Source: Nitrososphaerota archaeon
GTDB lineage: Archaea > Thermoproteota > Nitrososphaeria > Nitrososphaerales > UBA57
Direction: 5' to 3'
Length of the DNA stretch: 32,000 bases
NCBI GenBank assembly: GCA_016871995.1
Contig: VHBL01000002.1
Coordinates: 30,001-62,000 of the forward strand
The position numbers were made by a program, and so were the translations under genes. Position 1 is the first letter of the stretch. Every line of letters starts with the position of its first letter. The notes beneath the pieces were generated by a model. That model saw nothing but the letters and a program-made list of their open reading frames with translations. It made no database searches and was not told the origin of the DNA. Shown one piece after another: positions 25,909 through 32,000 of this stretch.

Positions 25909-26679
25909 ATGAAACACAGCAACAGAGGAATCCTAATTGAATTGGCAGTTCTAGCAGCGGTTTTAGCATCGTTCTGGAGCATCGGGCTCTTTGATCTTAG
26001 CAGACTTGCTAGGGGAACTGGAAACCTTGCGATCTTCTTTGCCGACCTTGTCCCTCCAAACCTTACTATCCTTGACAGAGTTCTGCCCTCATTGTTGGAG
26101 ACTTTGCAGATGTCCTTTGCGGGTACTGCGCTGGGGTTTGTTATATCGCTCCCACTAGCGGTTCTGGCTGCCAAAAACGTGTTCAATATTGCAGTCATTA
26201 CCCCAATAAGGTTCGTGCTCGCTATTGTGAGAACAATACCTGCTTTGCTCTGGGCACTTATCTTTGTGGTTGCTCTAGGCTTGGGCCCTCTTCCAGGCAC
26301 TCTTGGAGTTGCAGTATACACTGTCGGATACCTTGGCAAGTTATACTATGAAGCTCTGGAGGCTGTGGACCCAGAAGTCATAGAGGCTGTAAGAGCCACC
26401 GGAGTTTCAAAAGTTCAGCTCGTGATGCACGCAATACTTCCAGAGTCTGGCAACCAAATACTCAGTCAATTGATATTCATGTTTGAATACAATGTCAGGG
26501 CATCATCGATCCTTGGCTTTGTCGGTGCTGGAGGGGTGGGATTTTACATGCTTGGCTATATCCAGACCTTCCAATACAGAGAACTTATGGCTGTGATACT
26601 TGCGACTTTGGCAATAGTGCTTGTCATAGACTATCTGAGTTCTAAGATCAGGAGCCGCTTCCTGCTACAAGGTAAGTAG
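25909..26679 (+). CDS. phnE: phosphonate ABC transporter permease
   Basis: The PhnE-type permease core is present (EAVRATGVSKVQLVMHAILPE, EAA-loop-like) with multiple TM helices. Confidence 0.85.
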   Translation: MKHSNRGILIELAVLAAVLASFWSIGLFDLSRLARGTGNLAIFFADLVPPNLTILDRVLPSLLETLQMSFAGTALGFVISLPLAVLAAKNVFNIAVITPIRFVLAIVRTIPALLWALIFVVALGLGPLPGTLGVAVYTVGYLGKLYYEALEAVDPEVIEAVRATGVSKVQLVMHAILPESGNQILSQLIFMFEYNVRASSILGFVGAGGVGFYMLGYIQTFQYRELMAVILATLAIVLVIDYLSSKIRSRFLLQGK

Positions 26680-26680
26680 A

Positions 26681-27430
26681 TCATTTAGAGCTTCTTGGAA
26701 GTAAGCGCAAGAGCTTACCGACAATCTTTTCGTGCTTTTCCTCGTCCATATCTATTGAATTGAGCAGAACCTTTGCAACGGGATGAGGAATTTCTATTTT
26801 CTCTGCCAATGAAGATTCCTTGGCTTTGTCCTCTATCTCCAGCATGCTCTTTAAGAACGATAAATCTGGGGGCTGAAATGCTGTAGTGTGACCAGTTTCT
26901 ATCCAAGATATCACTTGCGAAACTACGTCGGCATGCCTGATGCTGTCAGAGGCTATCATTCTCAAAAGAAGCTTGCTATACTCATCATTAATCTTGTTAG
27001 TCAGTTCCAAGCACCTCTGCGCTGCTATTAGTTCCAACTGCAACCTTTCTTTAAGCATCTTTAGCGCCTCTACATCTTCATGCTCTCCGGACCTGCTCTG
27101 TAGGAGTCGCTGTCCAGTGCTCGCAGCAGAAATCTGATAGATTACATCCATGATCTCCGCCATTTCTATTGGACCAAGATTGCTCCTGACCCTCTTGCCA
27201 GCCTTTTCTAGTAGGGCATCTAGAATGGATCCGAACCTGTCAAGCTCCTTCAAATTGCCTCCTCTTCTGCCCTTTACGTACTGGGTTACTGCTGCAGGAG
27301 TGATGCTTAGAGCAGTTGCTATGTCTCTCACCCTGAAACCCTGCTTGGCAAGCCCCCTTGCAACCCATGCCCTGATAAGAGGTATCATCCTTTCCTGAGT
27401 CTTGCCTTTAGATTCGGGCACGAAGAACAT
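26681..27430 (-). CDS. HTH-domain transcriptional regulator with C-terminal ferritin-like four-helix-bundle-type domain
   Basis: The N-terminus (GFRVRDIATALSITPAAVTQYVKGRRGGN) resembles the archaeal COG2522-type HTH. The C-terminal half has two helix pairs ending in DSIRHADVV and DEEKHEKIV, reminiscent of ExxH ferritin/rubrerythrin-like motifs. The domain call is inference. Confidence 0.55.
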   Translation of the reverse strand: MFFVPESKGKTQERMIPLIRAWVARGLAKQGFRVRDIATALSITPAAVTQYVKGRRGGNLKELDRFGSILDALLEKAGKRVRSNLGPIEMAEIMDVIYQISAASTGQRLLQSRSGEHEDVEALKMLKERLQLELIAAQRCLELTNKINDEYSKLLLRMIASDSIRHADVVSQVISWIETGHTTAFQPPDLSFLKSMLEIEDKAKESSLAEKIEIPHPVAKVLLNSIDMDEEKHEKIVGKLLRLLPRSSK

Positions 27431-27554
27431 TGGAGCTTGCTGTCTTTTAACACTTATTCATCTGGACACAACTTGCTATCAAGATGTCCATTAGGATGCA
27501 GATGTAAATGATAAGTTAACACTACCATACCAAAAATAGTGCGGTGGGTAGGAC

Positions 27555-27821
27555 CTACACATTTACCTGTAAACTTCTTGGAGATTCAGATGTAACCGAT
27601 TTATTCTTATCAAACCGACTTATCAGAGTATGCCCAAACACGATAAGTAATATGCCACTCAGAACGATCGTCCAGATATAGCCCTCATACCAAGGGCTGG
27701 TGACCTTCTCTTCAACGCTCAGATTAGGCCTATCTGTTATGGGTTTAGCTCCAAATGCGTAAACCTTGCCATCAAACGACCCTGCAAATACCTTCCCCTG
27801 TGCAACTGCAGGCGAGCCCAT
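27555..27821 (-). pseudogene. C-terminal fragment of a PQQ-like beta-propeller repeat protein with TM anchor
   Basis: Only SPAVAQGKVFAGSFDGKVYAFG (one PQQ-type repeat) plus the TM helix IWTIVLSGILLIVFG are recognisable. Everything upstream in this frame is antisense to moaA. The first plausible ATG is at 27821. Confidence 0.5.
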
Positions 27822-28584
27822 GCTTAGAACCGACATAATTGACATTGTTGAACAGATAAGATCTGTCCCTATCGAAGAAGTTTCCATGACTACAAATGGG
27901 ACTCGCCTCGCAAGGCTTGCCTCCATTCTAAAAGAAACGGGTCTTAGTAAAGTCAACATAAGTCTTCATAGCCTCAAGGAAGATACCTTCAGATTCCTTA
28001 CACATGCTAACAAGTTGAAGGACACTATTGAAGCGATAAGAGCATCAATAGATGTGCAGCTACGACCTGTAAAGATCAACGCGACCATGTTGAAAGGCAT
28101 CAATGATTCTGAAATTGATGAAATGATCGAGTTTTCCAGAGAACTCGGAGGAGGCGTGACTAACATTCTCCAGCTGATTGAAATGGTACCGACTTCTGGC
28201 TCGAATTTTTACAATACATACCATCTAAACCTTAATGTGATAGAGGAGAAACTCAAAGAAAAGGCAAATTCAGTGTCGGAAAGGGTGCTCCACAGAAGAC
28301 CAAGATATGAACTAGAAAATGGTGTCTGTGTCGAAGTTGTTAGGCCTATGCATAATACGTCATTCTGCATGGGCAACAATAGAATGAGGATAACATGCGA
28401 TGGGAAGTTCAAACCCTGCTTGCTACGGAGCGACAACCATGTTGACTTTCTGACAGCAATGAGGAAAGGATCATCTGATTCTGATTTAGCAGAGAAATTT
28501 AGAAAGGCCGTTCTGCTAAGGGAGCCATTTTTCCAATCTGGATCCGCAAAGCAAAGGCTTGGTTTACCATTATGCACATCGTGA
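27805..28584 (+). pseudogene. moaA: GTP 3',8-cyclase MoaA, 5'-truncated (radical-SAM CxxxCxxC region absent)
   Basis: It matches archaeal MoaA from TAGEPMLR (the TGGEP motif) through MTTNG, VNISLHSL, ILQLIE, VVRPMHNTSFCMG and LLREPF. An in-frame stop lies at 27760..27762, and no Cys-rich N-terminus is found in any upstream frame. Confidence 0.75.
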
Positions 28585-28837
28585 AAATGTTGCGCCTTAA
28601 TCCTGCATGCAAAAGCCATTTCCAACGTACTCTTCGAGTAGCACTGACGAGTGTGCCGGTTCTTTGTTAGTGGTATTGCTTAGCGGGGTCTTTTTGCCAA
28701 AGATTCCTGACATCTACCAAAAATGGCATTTTTATTTGGATTCTATAATGCGCTCAAGTCGTTGCACGATTTGCGCAAGTTTAAAGTCCACAAGAATCAT
28801 GATCAGAAGACGCAGGCACACATAGGGCAGAAGCCGA

Positions 28838-29560
28838 ATGAATGATAAGGTCATTGAGCAGGGCTGGGTGGAGAACGATAATATTCGCTTGCACTACCTT
28901 GACGCCTACAAAAACGCAGATTCCAAGCTGACTCCCTTGTTTTATGTTCCCGGTGATCTTGAGGGTGCTGAGAATTTGGAGTTTGACTTACAGATGCTCG
29001 CTCCAAGAAGATGTATTTCGGTAAGCTTGCGCGGTCGTGGAAAAAGCGATGCCCCGAAAAAGAACTACACATTTTTCCATCATGTGTCCGACATAGAGTC
29101 TATCGTGGTAAATATTGGGCTGAAATCATTTTGCTTGATGTCCTATTCCATAAGTGTGTCATATGCTATTGAATTTGCGGCCAGACACCCGGAATTCCTG
29201 AAGGGCTTCATAATAATTGATTACCCACCGCGCTATCCCGCCATGTCCGATGAATGGGTGAGCTCGGTGCTTTTCGGGATGGCCGAGCAAGTAAGGTCCG
29301 AAGTGGTTACGGCGTTGCAACGCGAATCTGAGGAAATACCGTTATGGGACAGACTGGACAAGATCGGATGTCCAGTATTAATCCTAAAGGGCGGTCTATC
29401 AGGGAGCTATCTTGACCAAAATACTGTTTCGCTGTATCTTGAGCATTTGCCTAACGCAAAGGTCATTACTCTAGAGAATTCTGGTCATGTGGTCTGGGAG
29501 CCCGATTACTATGGATTCATCAAAGTTGTCAGGGACTTTCTTAGTCAGATTGATACATAA
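28838..29560 (+). CDS. alpha/beta-fold hydrolase
   Basis: PLFYVPGDLEG…RGRGKSDAP, a nucleophile-elbow-like LMSYSISVSYAIEFAARHPE, and C-terminal LENSGHVVWEPD (catalytic His context). Confidence 0.7.
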   Translation: MNDKVIEQGWVENDNIRLHYLDAYKNADSKLTPLFYVPGDLEGAENLEFDLQMLAPRRCISVSLRGRGKSDAPKKNYTFFHHVSDIESIVVNIGLKSFCLMSYSISVSYAIEFAARHPEFLKGFIIIDYPPRYPAMSDEWVSSVLFGMAEQVRSEVVTALQRESEEIPLWDRLDKIGCPVLILKGGLSGSYLDQNTVSLYLEHLPNAKVITLENSGHVVWEPDYYGFIKVVRDFLSQIDT

Positions 29561-29926
29561 CAAACGCTGAGAACATGAACAGAGCGATTCCATTTGGGAT
29601 ATTTCTCTTATCAGAAGCAGTTTTCTTGCATTGACTGTATATGCGTTGTCTATTCGCAATAGACCCCTAGGAACCGTGTTTGCAAGTATTAGATAGCCTC
29701 AACATGGCTTTAGACACAACAAATACAAAATGATCAGCAAATGGACTACCGGATGGCAATAACGGTGGGCATGGGTTCCCTGTTAAGAGTATCGATAGGC
29801 GAAGTCTCTTGTTTTAGATTCCAGACACATACAAGGCGTCTTTATTCTAATTCTGGCGCCCATGGTCTTAAAACTGGTTGATTATTTGCGATAGTAATAA
29901 AAAACATACAGGTAGGCTCTACATAA

Positions 29927-30355
29927 ATGCCAAAGTCCGGAGTATATAGGAAGCGGCAGATCGACCTCTTGAGCGAACTACATGCGGCATTGAAAGCGAA
30001 ACTATCTGGAGAGCTTGGAGCAATTATGATCTTCTTGGGTGTGGCCCGCGAAGAAGGAAGAAGTGGTAAGAAGGTTCATAAGCTCGTTATGGAATCTTAT
30101 GAAGAGCACGCAAACAAAGCGATAGCCAGAATTTGCAGCGAAGTAAAGAGGAAGTCCAAGGTCTCTTTTGTGCTGATCTACCATTTGCTTGAAGAGTTTC
30201 GCCCTGGTGAGCCAGTTGTGCTAGTAATTGTAGGAGGAGCAAGAAGGAAAGATGTTTTTTCTGCAATGGAAGAGGCGGTAAGGAGATATAAGACTGAACC
30301 TGCACTGTTCAAGAAAGAAGTATACGTTAATGGTACGCATAAATGGATTCATTGA
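29927..30355 (+). CDS. moaE: molybdopterin synthase catalytic subunit MoaE-like
   Basis: GAIMIFLGVAR…VMESYEEHANKAI…PGEPVVLVIVGG…YKTEPALFKKEVY parallels MoaE (G.v..F.G.vR, E.Y..mA, GE..v.v.v, lK...PiWKKE). It is divergent at the usual HR positions. Confidence 0.65.
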   Translation: MPKSGVYRKRQIDLLSELHAALKAKLSGELGAIMIFLGVAREEGRSGKKVHKLVMESYEEHANKAIARICSEVKRKSKVSFVLIYHLLEEFRPGEPVVLVIVGGARRKDVFSAMEEAVRRYKTEPALFKKEVYVNGTHKWIH

Positions 30356-30663
30356 TTTACGATTTTGCTATATCTAGTGCATGGGTTATCTCAGGCATTA
30401 TAAGTTTCTTGGCAATCTTCACGCGTTGGTAGATCCAGAAAGGCAATATATCGATTTTCTAGATATTACGTTTGGAACCACCCTTGGTATGATATGTGGA
30501 TGGTTCCGCATTTTCAGCTCTTGATCTACATCATTTGCCAATCCTATGAATGAGTGGTATGCGTAGATCGCCCTTCCTTAATTGCTAAGGTTTACAGCTG
30601 TTTGCCTTGGACATGCTATCGCATGGCCTAATCTTCTGGGCTGATAATTTACTGGTGAAATAA

Positions 30664-30790
30664 TGCGGGGGGTGGGATTTGAACCCACGAACTCCTAACG
30701 AGAAGGGATTACCCAGCAAGCCCATTTTGATCTTGAGTCCCTCGCGGTTGACCGGGCTTTGCGCGACAGTTCTCGTTTCGCTACCCCCGC
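30664..30790 (-). tRNA. tRNA-Leu (anticodon CAA) with two intervening sequences; no encoded CCA
   Basis: RNA sense: GCGGGGGUAGCG[AAACGAGAACUGUCGCGC]AAAGCCCGGUCAACCGCGAGGGACUCAAG[AUCAAAAUGGGCUUGCUGGGUA]AUCCCUUCUCGUUAGGAGUUCGUGGGUUCAAAUCCCACCCCCCGCA. The fold has a 7-bp acceptor stem, T-arm GUGGG/UUCAAAU/CCCAC and anticodon stem AGGGA/UCCCU. It also has a long variable arm, and the mature length is 87 nt. Confidence 0.85.
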
Positions 30791-30815
30791 ACAAGGTAGC
30801 AGTCAGGAATCCCGC

Positions 30816-30824
30816 AAATATATG
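30816..30824 (-). promoter_or_regulatory. TATA-box-like element upstream of tRNA-Leu
   Basis: The minus-strand CATATATTT ends about 26 nt upstream of the tRNA 5' end (30790), the canonical archaeal TATA distance. Confidence 0.4.
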
Positions 30825-30881
30825 AATCGATACCTGCAAAGCCTTACCTTTATCAAGCATGATTTTCCCGCTACCAAATCG

Positions 30882-31814
30882 ATGCAGAAGATAACTGTAA
30901 AAGGGCCTGCCTCAAGTGCAAATTTGGGCCCCGGCTTTGATACTTTCGCCATCGCCATCGATGGTATTTACGATACAGTTTCAATGACACTGGAAAAGCA
31001 AAAGGGCATAAGAATCAAAATAAAAAATGGGAGAATACCCTCAAAAGCAGAGGAAAATACGGGAGGGTTAGTGGCATCCAACATTTTTACCGAGTTTGGA
31101 ATTTCTGGAGGGTGCACGATCGAAATCCAAAAGGGAGTGCCTGCTGGATACGGCTTAGGGAGTTCTGCTGCAACAGCTTCCGCTGTAGCCTACGGACTTG
31201 ACAAGCTCCTCGACCTTAAATTGAACAGTTCAGAGCTGCTGGCTTTTGCAGCTAGTGGTGAAGTAGCTTCTGCTGGTGTTAGCCATTACGATAATGTTGC
31301 AGGTTCCTTGTTTGGAGGCTTTGTTGTAGTACGCTCTGCGGAATCTATTGACGTTGTTAGTTTTGCTCCTCCAAAGAACCTTGGCATTTGCATAGCAGTA
31401 CCAAAGATTTCCACGCCTCCAAAAAAGACGGGTAAGGCACGAGCAATGCTTCCAAAATCCGTGTCGCTTGTAGACATGATACACAATTTGTCCTCAGCAT
31501 CTATGATGGTTGCAGCGTTCGCTAAGGGGGATGTTGATTTGATAGGCAAAGCGATGTCCGACAAGATAGTAGAACCAGCAAGAGAATCACTGGTACCTGG
31601 TTATCAAGAGGTCAGGAGAATGACGCTCAAGGCAGGGGCATCTGGCACAGCGATAAGTGGCGCAGGTCCTTCTATGATAGCTTTCGTGAATCTGGACAAG
31701 GTAAAATCAGCTCGAGTTGCAGGCGCTATGAAAGACGGTTTTGCTGCAGCAAATGTAAATTCCGAAATCATTATCACGAAGATTGGTAAAGGAGCCAGCG
31801 TATTAAAACAATGA
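30882..31814 (+). CDS. thrB: homoserine kinase
   Basis: KGPASSANLGPGFD and GYGLGSSAATASAVA are GHMP kinase motifs. The track ORF start (30759) overlaps the tRNA gene; the ATG at 30882 gives 310 aa starting MQKITVKGPASS. Confidence 0.9.
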   Translation: MQKITVKGPASSANLGPGFDTFAIAIDGIYDTVSMTLEKQKGIRIKIKNGRIPSKAEENTGGLVASNIFTEFGISGGCTIEIQKGVPAGYGLGSSAATASAVAYGLDKLLDLKLNSSELLAFAASGEVASAGVSHYDNVAGSLFGGFVVVRSAESIDVVSFAPPKNLGICIAVPKISTPPKKTGKARAMLPKSVSLVDMIHNLSSASMMVAAFAKGDVDLIGKAMSDKIVEPARESLVPGYQEVRRMTLKAGASGTAISGAGPSMIAFVNLDKVKSARVAGAMKDGFAAANVNSEIIITKIGKGASVLKQ

Positions 31815-32000
31815 AACTCAAGTGCATAAGCTGTTCCAGAGAATATTCCACTGATGAGATGATGTACTACTGCAGATTTTGTAACGATTTACTGGAAGTT
31901 GTTTATGTTAAATCTGAGCTTGAAAAGAAAGCCAATTCGTCAGATTGGAGGAAGCTCCCTCTCTCCGTATGGCGCTATCATCCCTTCCTGCCTTTCAATG
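31811..32000 (+). CDS. thrC: threonine synthase, N-terminal part (runs off the window)
   Basis: The ATG overlaps the thrB stop (ATGA). MKLKCISCSREYSTDEMMYYCRFCNDLLEV…LSVWRYHPFLP shows the zinc-ribbon-like N-terminus and WRY..LP motif of archaeal-type threonine synthases. Confidence 0.75.
   Translation, partial: MKLKCISCSREYSTDEMMYYCRFCNDLLEVVYVKSELEKKANSSDWRKLPLSVWRYHPFLPFN

Noticed and set aside
25459-26339. 152-aa and 147-aa minus-strand ORFs
   Set aside because: Antisense shadows of phnC and phnE. The plus-strand genes have clear ABC ATPase and permease motifs.
28607-28825. 72-aa plus-strand ORF between moaA and the alpha/beta hydrolase gene
   Set aside because: It has no recognisable motif, an odd composition (Ser/Arg/Ile-rich, poly-Arg tail) and no clear translation signal. 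It cannot be excluded as a small protein, but it is unsupported.
29561-29926. 365-nt gap upstream of moaE and 308-nt gap (30356..30663) downstream, examined for small ORFs, C/D-box sRNAs and other ncRNAs
   Set aside because: I found only short ORFs (47 codons or fewer) without motifs, and no RUGAUGA…CUGA box pairs at sRNA spacing. The hairpin GGAACCA-N20-TGGTTCC (30474..30507) followed by a T-rich stretch may be a terminator-like structure, but that is not enough for a call.
30585-30860. 91-aa minus-strand ORF, and the 5' extension of the thrB track ORF (30759..30881)
   Set aside because: Both run through the tRNA-Leu gene. The thrB homology begins only at the ATG at 30882.
1-32000. CRISPR arrays, cas genes, transposases/integrases, prophage or classical defence-island genes
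   Set aside because: None were seen on either strand. There are no regularly spaced direct repeats, and every long ORF has either a housekeeping assignment or is a small or membrane hypothetical.

Overview
This is a dense, mostly housekeeping archaeal chromosome segment with about 40 genes. Archaeal markers include class I LysRS, Elp3, the aIF6/prefoldin-alpha/FtsY cluster, glycerol-1-phosphate dehydrogenase, CTP-dependent riboflavin kinase, RibL, DtdA, eS30 and a doubly interrupted tRNA-Leu. Gene content and a non-canonical tRNA intron suggest a TACK (thaum-/crenarchaeal-like) lineage; this is inference only. Other blocks are argF, ilvC and thrB-thrC; a galU/uxs/ugd nucleotide-sugar set; phnDCE; a 2-oxoacid dehydrogenase E1-alpha; and moaA/moaE. 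I see no CRISPR array, transposase, integrase or recognisable defence island, and nothing I can defend as a clearly new multi-gene system. Seven things are worth a second look. (1) A 5'-truncated moaA abuts a 5'-truncated PQQ-repeat gene head-to-head at a shared CATG. (2) The tRNA-Leu(CAA) carries two introns. (3) Two small genes are missing from the ORF track: eS30 and a 38-codon B-box-like zinc-finger ORF at the end of an uncharacterised membrane/DsrE-like operon. (4) Both flavin-cofactor enzymes (RibK, RibL) are fused to winged-helix-like N-termini, with a candidate operator. (5) A vapBC module has a frameshifted toxin and a palindromic operator. (6) An Hjc-like nuclease has Gln at a catalytic Glu position. 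(7) The E1-alpha gene has no partner subunits nearby. All functional calls rest on by-eye motif recognition; no database search was run.
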